Both the position numbers and the translations under genes were made by a program. A model generated the notes under the pieces. It saw nothing but the letters and a program-made list of their open reading frames with translations, was not told the DNA's origin and searched no databases. From Candidatus Absconditicoccus praedator (GTDB lineage Bacteria > Patescibacteriota > Gracilibacteria > Absconditabacterales > Absconditicoccaceae), in contig NZ_CP054059.1 in NCBI RefSeq assembly GCF_021057185.1, positions 90,001 through 122,000 of the forward strand: 32,000 nt of DNA. Reading direction: 5' to 3'. Positions 1 to 9,871 of the stretch are shown here, one piece after another. Positions within the stretch are counted from its first letter, which is position 1; each line of letters opens with the position of its first letter.

Positions 1-1479
1 TACTATCTCTTTTTCTCACTGATTTTTTCCAGTTTTGGTTCTTGCTTTTCATTTTCATATAGACAAAAAATCCACCTTTTCGTATATTTGTTTGATTTTC
101 TGATTTTCTTTTATAAGTTTTTTCAAGATATTAAGCTGTCATTTACCACCATCTATCACAAACAAATCAGGTAATCTATCATTTTTAAACCTCCTTATGA
201 GCACTTCTTTGATTGCTAGATAATCATCACTTTTTCAGTTTTGTATAGTATTTATTTTGTACATTCTATAAAACTTTTTATCTGGAATTCATCATACCAA
301 GCAAGACAAACCACCAGATATATAATCTCATCAAATATGAGAAATATCTATACATTCCATCTTATACGGATAATTATCAAGAAAATACCTATTTTGCAAG
401 TTAGTAAGCAACTCTCACATTACATTCTTTTTGGAAAAAGTAGAATTTATTATCAAAGATTCTATACTATTATCCAATATGTCTGATAAATTGTTTATTA
501 CATCAGTTTTCATATTTTTTCATGAAATAGTTCCTCAAAAGAATTTTTCTTCTGTTTTATCATAATTGTAAATTCTACCAAACTCATTTTGAAATTCTGT
601 TTTCAATTGACCAAAACTGGCACCAGAAGAATGCTCAGTAAACTTCAACACATCTATTAGTTTTCAATTAAAAAACTTCAATGCAGAAAATGCATAATAC
701 TCACCTATCTTTTTTATTTTCAAAAAATATCATGTAGTATTATCTTGAAGTTCTATAGTTTGTTTTTGGGTATGTTTTTGGATAGTATACAAAACATCTC
801 TAAGTTTTGCTGCCCATTCAAAATTTTGATTTTGTATTGATTTATTTATATTTTCAACTATTTCATTTTCTATTACTTTGGTATCTCACTGGAAAAATTT
901 CTGAATTTTATCTATATAATCATCATACATTTTTTTTGCATTTGTATTTTCTAATTTCTCATTATTTGTATTACACCAACCATCACACATACCAAAAGAA
1001 TAATAATCACATAATTTTCATTTTTTGAACTGTGTTTTATTGCAAGCTCTAATTTTGAAAAAATATTTGATTACTTGCAACAACTGCTTGAGGTCTTTTT
1101 TATAAACCTTTGGTCATATATATATAGCTCAATCATTGTTTTTGAATCTTGTAAAAAAGATTTGTGGAAATTCTTCATTAGTGATTTTTATGTATGTATA
1201 TGAATTGTCTCATTTTAATAAAGTATTGTATACAGGCTGATACCTTTTGATAAGATTATTTTCAAGGATATAGGCCTCTTGGTCTGTATTGGTAGTCAAA
1301 AAATCAACATGACTGGATTTGTTTACCATATCCTGTTTCCAAACTCATATATCTTTGTTGAAATATTGAGAAACTCTTTTTTTGATATCTTTTGCTTTTC
1401 ATATATATAAAATTCTTCAAGATTTATTCTTGAAAAAATATACTCAAGGATTATTGGGTAAATGGCTAATTTGTAACAT
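1..1479 (-). CDS. uvrC: Excinuclease ABC subunit C (UvrC), N-terminal 493 codons; 3' end lies beyond the window edge
   Basis: The reverse frame is open from the ATG at 1479-1477 to position 1 when TGA=Gly. The N-terminus [40 protein letters not shown] is a GIY-YIG signature. Later ...MECIDISHIGGDYISGG...YRMYKI...DDYLAIKEVLIRRF...LPDLFVIDGGKGQL matches the UvrC core. No SD upstream. Confidence 0.9.
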
Positions 1480-1678
1480 TAAATATTGCTAATATTATCT
1501 AAATTTCAATTTTATTATAGCATATACTTTTATATCTACAACATTGTAAACAACTCCAATCTAAAAACAAGAAAATTTTCCAACATACCACCACAATCTA
1601 TTGTTTTGTACAACAAAAATTTGCAAAAATATAAAAATTGATTAATATGAAAACAATCTATAAATCACAAAAAATACA

Positions 1679-2860
1679 ATGGGTAAAATAAAAAATACAT
1701 TTTCAAACCAACAAATATCAAATCCTGCAAACAAATTAAGTAGCTTACAAATACATGAGCTGATAAATATTTTTTTGCAAACAAAAAAGTCTATCAAAAC
1801 TCAAAAATCATATTTTGTAGATTTGAAACAATTTTTTGAAGACTTCCAAATATATGAATGAGCACAACTTATACAAAAACTATCAGACCATTCTATTTCT
1901 GAAGATATTACAAACTTTATCAATTCTCACAAAAAATACGACCCTCAAAATCCCAACAGACTACTAAATCCAAGAACTATAAATAGAAAAGCATATTCTT
2001 TGTCATCTTTTTTTAAATTTTTACAAAAAAGATTTAAAGTAAACTACAATCCGGTGATTTTTGAACCTGCATCTACACCAAAATTTTCTGAAACAAACAG
2101 TTTAAATAAAGAAGAACTTGTATGATTTCTTGAATATCTCAAAGAAAAATACAAAAAAAGTTCAGACAAAAAAATACATATTCATCTTAGAAACTACCTA
2201 ATATTTGGCTTTATGTTTTTTTCTTTGAGAAGAAGTGAAGTATCACAACTTAGACGAGAAGATATAAACTTTGAAGAACAATATATAAAAGTTTTACAAA
2301 AATGATGAACAAACAAATATATACCTCTTCCCGAAGAATTTTTCAATAAGCTTATGCAATTCAAAGATATAAAAGAATCAAAAAAAATTGAAAGTGATTA
2401 TATATTTACACCATTTTACAACAATAAAACTAAAAATTTTGAGAAACCTCTAACTTCCGAGTATATATACAATCTTACTCTGAAACAATGGATAAAATAC
2501 AAAAACAACGAAGAATTATCTCAAATATACAAAGAAAAAGATAAATTAAAAAACAGGAAAAAATACCTCAACAAAAAGCTCAAGCTTTCAAAAGACAAAA
2601 AAATAGAAAATGAAATTAGAATAGTTGAAGAAAAGATTGAACAACTAAATATTAGAAAGAAAAGACTTCTTCAAACAACAAAAAGCATATCATGCCATAG
2701 CTTTAGAAAAAGTTTTGTAGAACAAGCAATTCTTAGATGAGATGATTTTGTTGAGATACAAAATGCCACATGACATTCAGGGCCTGCTATGATATGATAT
2801 TATCAATCTATAAGTAAAACCAAACACAACTCAGCCAATAAAATGAGTGATATATTTTAA
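1679..2860 (+). CDS. Tyrosine recombinase / phage-type integrase (393 aa) with a Lys/Glu-rich coiled-coil-like insertion
   Basis: 394-codon frame with 7 in-frame TGA; it joins track ORFs 1679..1861 and 2354..2740. Motifs: FFSLRRSEVSQLRREDI (Arg box), SCHSFRKSF (HxxR), GHSGPAMIGYY (His/Tyr). A ~65-aa insert KEKDKLKNRKKYLNKKLKLSKDKKIENEIRIVEEKIEQLNIRKKR lies between the boxes. TAA stop at 2858-2860. Confidence 0.8.
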
Positions 2861-3066
2861 AACCTTTCTGATTAATTAATCAACCAAAAAGCACCACTAA
2901 GTGATACTAAGATAGATTAATACTGTGATAAACTTCATTAATACGTGCGATAATCAAGTATTTTCCTAGTTTTATGATTAATTTTATTTTTAATGATAGA
3001 TATTTCTTTATCAGAATACAAAGAAATGGCAGATCATTTAGGTATAAAAGTTCTAATAAGTCAGTT

Positions 3067-3109
3067 ATGTCAAATGAAAATTTGACATTAAAAGATATAT
3101 ATTTATAAT
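3067..3109 (+). promoter_or_regulatory. Sigma70-like promoter (TTGACA 3082-3087, 16-nt spacer, TATAAT 3104-3109) with a perfect palindrome over the -35
   Basis: ATGTCAAAT-gaaa-ATTTGACAT (3067-3088) has 9-bp perfectly complementary arms and contains the -35 hexamer. It lies ~50 nt upstream of the SD-led ORF at 3159. Confidence 0.5.
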
Positions 3110-3158
3110 ACAAGTGTCTAGCAAATTCTTTTGTGGAAAAAAATCTTGGAGGTGCGCT

Positions 3159-3545
3159 ATGAAAAACCAAAAAAACAATGTTGTTCGTTGGACTGTATGG
3201 GTTATTACAATTGTGTTTATAACTATTGCGGGAGTGTTCTTTTTAGATTTTCTATCTTTCTTTGATAGACTATTTATGACTTACTTTGATCAACACCTTG
3301 CTGAATCTAAACTTGCAACACTCATCGTCGCATTATTATGTCTTGCAATAGCTATTGCCATAGCTGCGGTGTCTGGTTTTATACTGGACAAAACCCAAGC
3401 TGACCACAAAGAAATTGACTTTAAAAACAATAGTGATGGAAGCATAACTATTAGAACTGGCAGCAAATACATTACTGCTGAAACTGGTGAAGATGGAAGC
3501 ATCACCCTTAGAACTGATAATGGCCCAGTACTTAAGGGTATCTAA
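3159..3545 (+). CDS. Small membrane protein (128 aa, about 2 TM segments) with tandem DGSIT(I/L)RT motifs; SD-led, TGA-free cassette ORF
   Basis: GGAGG at 3148-3152 sits 6 nt before the ATG at 3159 (MKNQKNNVVRW...). Hydrophobic stretches are VWVITIVFITIAGVFFL and LATLIVALLCLAIAIAIAAVSGFIL. The C-terminus has NSDGSITIRTG...EDGSITLRTD. 8 Gly, all GGN. TAA stop. GC is visibly above the backbone. Confidence 0.7.
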   Translation: MKNQKNNVVRWTVWVITIVFITIAGVFFLDFLSFFDRLFMTYFDQHLAESKLATLIVALLCLAIAIAIAAVSGFILDKTQADHKEIDFKNNSDGSITIRTGSKYITAETGEDGSITLRTDNGPVLKGI

Positions 3546-3568
3546 AGAAGAGAAAATGCTAGACACTT

Positions 3569-3618
3569 AGAACTGCTTCCAGTTCTAGAGGTGCTTGCTT
3601 ATATAGCAGCACCTTTTT
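3569..3618 (+). terminator. Double-hairpin intrinsic terminator
   Basis: AGAACTG-cttc-CAGTTCT (3569-3586), then GGTGCTTGC-ttatata-GCAGCACC (3590-3613), followed by TTTTT (3614-3618). Confidence 0.75.
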
Positions 3619-3808
3619 CTATTTGTAAGCACACTTATTTAGATAAAAAATTATTAATATAATTTTTTTATCAACTACTATAACTGGGGTAAAAATTTGA
3701 AGCATAGATTATATAGCTTTAAGTAAAAACTAGCCAATAAGGCTTGAAAAGATAAGAAAAATCATTAATAAATTAGTTAAACAATTTTAATTTATTTATT
3801 AGTTTATA

Positions 3809-5668
3809 ATGACAGAAAGTTTACTTAGATCTAGACATAGTCTTGCACATATACTTGCACAAGCAGCACAAAGAGAATTTGGTGCCAACTTGAAACTATG
3901 AGTATGACCTGCTATAGATGATGGTTGTTATTATGATATATTACCTACATCTGAAGAGATCAAAATCCAAGACAAAGATCTAAAAAACATCCAAAAATAT
4001 ATGGAACAAGTCATAAAGCAAAAACAAGAATTTCACTGTATTTCTATGGATGTTCAAACAGCCAAAGATCTAAATAATTTTTTATGACAAGAATTAAAAA
4101 ATGAACTGATAGATGAATTTGTTTCTCAATGAGAAAGTGAAATTACTTATTATATTAATTTGATACCAGCAAAAGCAAAAGATGCACTTATGAAATGAGC
4201 TAATCCTAGCTATATTTCTTACTATGAAGAAATAAACAAACATATGCATCAAAATTTCAGTTTACCAGAAGACAAGTTTGTTTGTTTCATAGATATGTGT
4301 GAATGACCACATATTGCACATACTTGAGAGCTAGATCCCAAAACTTTCAAGTTGGCAAAGATTGCTTGAGCTTATCGAAGATGAGATGAAAAAAATCCTA
4401 TGATGACTAGAGTTTATGCTTATGCATTTGCAAGCAAAGAAGAACTTCAAGAACATATAAATTTCTTGGAAGAAGCCAAAAAAAGAGACCATAGAGTTTT
4501 ATGAAAACAATTAAAATTATTTACTACTAGTGATTTGGTAGGTGCTGGATTACCATTGTTGCAGCCAAGATGAATGATTATTCGTAAGGTTATAGAAGAC
4601 TATCTTTGGGAGTTACACAAAGAAAAATGATATGAAAGAGTTTGGAGTCCACATATCGCCAAAAAAGACTTGTACGAGACTTCATGACACTGGGATAAGT
4701 TTTGAAATGAGCTTATGAAAATTGAATGAAAATATGAGGATTTTTGTGTAAAACCGATGAACTGCCCTCATCATATGCAGATATTTGCAGACAATCAATT
4801 TTCATATCGTGATTTACCAGTTAGATATTTTGAACCTGCCACTATATATAGAGATGAAAAGCCAGGTCAATTATGAGGACTTACTAGAGTAAGATCTATC
4901 ACCCAAGATGATGGACATTTATTTTGCAGAATAGATCAATTAGGCCAAGAGATAAGTACAATAGTAGATATTATCAAAACATTCTATGAAAAAATGTGAA
5001 TGATGAACGATTATTGGGTAAGTTTATCAATAAGATGAGAAGAAAAGTCTGATTATATATGAGAGGAAAATGTATGGCAAGAAGCAGAGTCTGCTTTGGA
5101 AAAGGCTGCCAATGATAAATGATTGAATTTTAAAAAAGTAGAATGAGAAGCTGCTTTTTATTGACCAAAACTGGATTTCATGTTCAAAGACTGCCTCAAT
5201 AGAGAGTGGCAACTTGCTACAATACAGCTAGATTTCAATTTACCAGAAAGATTTGAACTTGAATATACAAATGATAAATGAGAAAAAGAAAGACCAGTAG
5301 TTATTCACAGAGCCATATGCGGGTCATTAGAAAGATTTATGTGAATTATGATAGAACATTTTGCATGAGCCTTCCCTTTTTGGCTAGCTCCAGAACAAAT
5401 CAAAATTATACCAGTTGCAGATAAATTTGAGGATTATGCTCACAATATAAATCAACAATTCAAAAATCAATGAATCAGATCAAATGTAGATTCAAGTGAC
5501 GACAGTTTCAACAAGAAAATAAGAAACTGAGAAAAAGCAAAAATACCTTATCTTATAATAGTATGAGAAAAGGAAAGTAGTAATAATACTTTATCTATTA
5601 GAAGATACAGTGACAAAAAACAATATGAATCTACACTAAACGAATTTTTAAATGAAATTTCCAAATAG
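3809..5668 (+). CDS. thrS: Threonyl-tRNA synthetase (619 aa, apparently without the N-terminal TGS domain)
   Basis: 620-codon frame with many TGA=Gly. [37 protein letters not shown]; ...HRVLGKQLKLF...; [59 protein letters not shown] are class II ThrRS motifs. TAG stop at 5666-5668. Confidence 0.92.
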
Positions 5669-5741
5669 ATTTAACATCTTCACAAAACTTCATATCTACA
5701 AAAAATAATATTTAATAATATTATAGCTATAATACTGCTTA

Positions 5742-7376
5742 TTAATGAAAACCTTTGGAATCATCTACAATAAAGGTTTTAGTTTTATCTGTATCAGGAG
5801 TTCAGTGCACCATTGATAAGCCTTTATCAAAGTAGTAGGCATAATAATAATCTCCAAAAAACTTATTCAAAGAAGATACATACCTCATTACTAATACATC
5901 AGTTGTTTGGTAGCTATTAAATATTTGAATTATTTGATCTTCTAACACCTTAAATAAATGATATACATTTGCTTCCTTAGTATTTAGTTTTTCTGTAAAA
6001 ACAAGCTTTATTTTATCTTCTCACTCATCATCATTTATCTGTTGTAATAACTCAACTGAAAGATCTGACAACAAATCTAAATTGCCTTTCTCTAAGTTAT
6101 CATATAAAACAACCAAAAATTCTCTTATATATTCTGCTAGACTGTATTCAAAGCCCAACTTATAAGACAGTTGCAAACATTTTTTGATGTCTCAAGCTTG
6201 TTTATACTGCTCAAATATTTGAATTTCCTTCTGTAGTACACCATAGATAGACTCCCTATTTTCCATATAAATTCAAATACTATTTAGTTTTTTGTAAAAG
6301 TTAAGTAGAGATTTTCTATATTTTTCTTTTCAGTATATATTATAAATATTTAAAAGTTTAATAAATGCCATATTTAAAAAGCTAGCTTCAAATCACTCCT
6401 CATTTATTGCAAAATCTAATGAATCCTCTAATATAGATACTAAAGAATCAAAATCTTCAGTTTTTTCAAGAACATAAATTAACAAACTTAAATATTTTCA
6501 AGACTTATCTATACTATAAAGCTCATATAAAATGTCTTTTGCAACATCAAAGTTTCATTCAGAAAACATTAATTCTATATATTTATCAAAAGAAACTGCA
6601 TCCAACTGATCCATACCCTGCCAGTAAAGATCTTTAGCTTCTTCTATACATCATACATTTTCACAATATATTCAATAATATCAAAAAATATTGTTTCAAA
6701 ATCTATAACTTATATTTCAATCCATATATCATTCATAATATTTTTCTAATATGTCTTCTATAGTTAGTTTTCAATTAGGAGTATCAATCAACATATCATA
6801 TCAAGCTCAATCTATTTCCAAAAGATTTATTATAGCTCATAAAATATCAATATCTACTCAATATTCTTTTGTTATATGCAAACACTGTTCTAATGAAATT
6901 TGGTGTTCTCAAACATATGCAGAAAAAATTGCTAAAAATTTTTTTTCTTCAAAATTAAAAGCTCCATATATATCTATATTCAAAATTATATTTGATAAAA
7001 CTTCGATTATATAATCTTTTGATTCATATTTTTCCAAGACCGACATACACCTATATATGAAATAAGTTTTATATAAAGATAGATCATCTGGAATTTGATT
7101 TAAATCTACTTCATCCAATCATTTATAATTTTCATTTATATAAGTTACGAATTTTTGAACAAACTCCTCCAAAAAATTATTATTAATATAATATTTCAAT
7201 GATTCTAATGACTCACCTGATTCAAGTATATGATCAATTATTTGACTTTCTTTAGCTTTTAGATGACTCATAACATCCTCTTTCATTCTATCTGTTAATG
7301 CTTGAACAGATGACTCAGCTTCTCAAGCTCAATATACTTCTGTTAGCATATCAGTATCTAAACTATCATACTTCAT
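5742..7376 (-). CDS. Hypothetical protein (544 aa), acidic and probably all-helical; no recognisable family
   Basis: 545-codon reverse frame, ATG at 7376, TAA at 5744-5742, about 25 in-frame TGA. It absorbs track ORF 6909..7118(-). Begins MKYDSLDTDMLTEVYGAGEAESSVQALTDRMKEDV. No motif I can name. Confidence 0.6.
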
Positions 7377-7541
7377 TAATAAATTTTAGCAAATAAACAC
7401 TCAAATATATACTCATAAAACAAAAAATGTAAATAGATTTTTTCTAAAAATCATTATCTATCCTAAGATTTTTATTGTACCTTGTATTAAATACGATTCT
7501 AAAAAGTATATATTGATTTTTTTTGCTTCTAAAATATAATA

Positions 7542-8429
7542 TGTAAGAAAAGGTAGCGTTGTTAAAAAATTATCAGTAATAGAACTTTTCAATAACTTCA
7601 TAAGGAGTTTTATTATCTAGTCATTTATGTGGCTTTACAGTGTTATATCGATTTACAAATCTTTTTAAAGACATTTTTCTATGTTCTGATGACTTAAAAA
7701 CTTCCTTACTGTGCCACATATCGATTAATGTTCTTATAACCCTCTCTGCTTTTCAATTTGTTCTTGGTGTTCTAACTTTTGTAAATTTTTGCTTTATTCA
7801 GCTTTTTACACACTCTTTAACAAATTCATGTTTATCATTTCATTTGTACTCAACTCAATTATCTGAGTACACACACTCAATAGTGTAAGGACATTCATCT
7901 ATTACCTGTCTAAGAAACATAGACGAAGATACTTGTGTCTTATCTTGCATTATAGCTACATAAAGTTCTCTAGAATAGTCGTCTATTCATACAAATAAGT
8001 ATTCAGACTTTTTGTTTGCTGCTCATCTTATAAGAGGTAGTTTTTTTGTGTCAAAATGCATCATTTCTCAAGGGTAGTTTTTATTGTATCTTCTAGCTTC
8101 TTTGTTTTTCTTTTCTATTATCTTAGATTCTATTTTAGCTAATCTAAGTAATCATCGCCTAATGTTTCTAAATCTATTATTGATAGAATTTCTTGGTAAA
8201 AACTCTTGAGTTCTTGCTCTCTTTATTATCTTGTATATGGTAGGCAATGATACATTGAACTTAATATGTAAATCCTTAGGCTTCATTCATCTTTTATAGT
8301 ATTCCCAGACCTCTTTTCTCTGGAGTGGTGTTAGTCTTGTATTTTTATGTATATTCATTACATAGTTTGTTATCAAATAAATAGTATTTTGTATACACAT
8401 TATTTTTAACAACGCTATATAATCTTACA
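7542..8429 (-). mobile_element. IS481-family insertion sequence (~888 bp)
   Basis: Imperfect terminal inverted repeats: left TGTAAGAaaaggTAGCGTTGTTAAAAAATTA (from 7542), and right, reverse-complemented, TGTAAGAttataTAGCGTTGTTAAAAATAAT (ending 8429). It has TG...CA ends and a single DDE transposase ORF. A possible 4-bp AATA duplication is too low-complexity to trust. Confidence 0.8.
7570..8358 (-). CDS. DDE transposase, IS481 family (262 aa)
   Basis: MNIHKNTRLTPLQRKEVWEYY...LPTIYKIIKRAR (HTH); NYPGEMMHFDTKKL (D); CVYSDNGVEYKG (D); RTPRTNGKAERVIRTL (E). All 11 Gly codons I count are TGA. Ends ...YYG (TGA) TAA. Confidence 0.85.
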
Positions 8430-8438
8430 AATAATTTT

Positions 8439-9320
8439 TTAATAACTTTCTAATGCTTTTATTCTATCTTCTATGCTTGGATGTGAATTTGTCCACCCAT
8501 TTTTAGATGATGGATTTTCTATATACATATGGTAAATACTTTTTTCTTCTAAACTTAATGAATTTTTTTCTTTTTGAATTTTTTTTAATGCAGATATCAT
8601 AGAATCTTTATCTTTGGTTAGTTCTACAGCTCAAGCATCAGCTAAAAACTCTCTACTTTTAGTTATGGCAAGCTGCACAAAAGGGAAAATTATATGGCCA
8701 ACTATCAATAAAACTGTTCATATAATGAAAAAATAAATCCCTCCTTTGTTCCCTGAACTATTATATCTCAAGCTTCTTATGATTGCTTCTCATAAGGTTT
8801 TGATAACTCATATAAAAAGAATAATTATCAAAATTAGTAAATTATCTTTATTCTTAATATGAGTTAATTCATGAGCTGCAACTGCTTGGATTTCTTTTTT
8901 TGTTAGGTTTTCTATTAGACCTCTAGTGAAGACTATCCAAGAATTTTTATCATTCCATCATATAGCAAATGCATTTAATTTATTATCTTCTATTATTCAA
9001 ATATTTGGTGTTTTGAGTCATCTTGAAATACATAAATTTTCTACTGTATTATATATAAAAGGTTCCTCTTTTCTTGTGACTTCATTAACTCAAGTGATAG
9101 AAAATATAAAATCTTTATGATAATAGAATGATACTGATCACAAAAATAATAGAACTGGTAACCATATAAGTAAATTTGTAAAAGCATGCAATATAGGGTC
9201 TGATACCACAAAAAAAAGAAGTAAATAAATTACTAAAAAAAGAATTATAGGGTATAATATGATCAAAAGAATTGTTTTGTAAGTATTTCTCCAGATACTG
9301 GTTTGTATTCAAACATACAT
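8439..9320 (-). CDS. htpX: M48-family zinc metalloprotease, HtpX-like (293 aa)
   Basis: The reverse frame from the ATG at 9320 has N-terminal TM helices (ILLIILYPIILFLVIYLLLFFVV, LLIWLPVLLFLG), NAFAIGWNDKNSWIVFTRGL, AVAAHELTHIKNKD (HExxH), REFLADAGAVELT and SHPSIEDRIKAL. The track ORF 9115..9312(-) is the +1 shadow of its N-terminus. Confidence 0.85.
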
Positions 9321-9521
9321 ATATTTGACTTTTTTGCTAAAAGTTAGTTGTAAATTATAAACTTTTTAAAATTTTTTTCAAATTTCTATAATTATTATTT
9401 ATGCTTACTGTTTATAGGTTTCAAATGTGTTTGTAAGAAACCTTAAATACATTTCCTGTATAATTTACTTTCTCTTGAAAAAGACAATTTTGTCATTAAT
9501 AAAAGGATGCAATCCATCAAT

Positions 9522-9684
9522 AGAGGAGGAGCAGAAATGTTCTGGCCGAACAATGATGGTTGAGCTCAGATACATGAGCAGTTAGAGGGAGTTCAATACA
9601 CTCAACAGAGGAGGAGTTGCCGTGTATCCTGATAATAAGGGGTAACACGGTCGCCGGGGTTAGAATCTAGCCCCGGCTTTTTTT
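9522..9684 (+). ncRNA. GC-rich structured transcript with two identical super-SD boxes, two mini-ORFs and a double-hairpin terminator (function unknown)
   Basis: AGAGGAGGAG occurs at 9522-9531 and again at 9607-9616. ATG at 9537 (MFWPNNDG then TGA at 9561) and GTG at 9622 (MYPDNKG then TAA at 9643). Hairpins: GCTCA..TGAGC, CCGTGT(9620)..ACACGG(9650), GCCGGGG(9653)..CCCCGGC(9677), followed by TTTTTTT. GC is far above the flanks. Confidence 0.4.
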
Positions 9685-9871
9685 ATTAAGTATACAATTG
9701 ATATCTTTTCAAAATATCAAAACATAAAACAAATTTTCTCAAAAATAAACTCAAACAAGATTTTTAACAATTTCAACAAAATAGTCAATTTTATAAATTT
9801 AGCTTGAAAAAACTTGTAAACTGTTTATCTTATATTATAATAAGCTAATTTTATACACTTTCACAACAAAG

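Noticed and set aside
241-1028. Plus-strand ORFs 241..486 and 807..1028
   Set aside because: They are antisense to the well-supported uvrC frame. They have low-complexity Ile/Phe/Tyr-rich products typical of AT-rich antisense frames.
2907-3566. Minus-strand ORFs 2907..3170, 3290..3505 and 3336..3566
   Set aside because: They are antisense to the promoter and coding region of the SD-led 3159 ORF. They have no SD, start context or terminator on that strand.
3620-3808. T-box or other leader upstream of thrS
   Set aside because: There is no specifier-loop/T-box consensus, no terminator/antiterminator pair, and the region is uniformly AT-rich.
9640-9684. tRNA/tmRNA 3' end (GGGGTTAGAATCTAGCCCC resembles a T-arm)
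   Set aside because: The loop is 11 nt rather than the 7-nt TPsiC loop. There is no acceptor stem, CCA context or D/anticodon arms. It is followed by a T-run, so it fits an intrinsic terminator. No tRNA-like GTTCGAATC motif occurs anywhere in the window.
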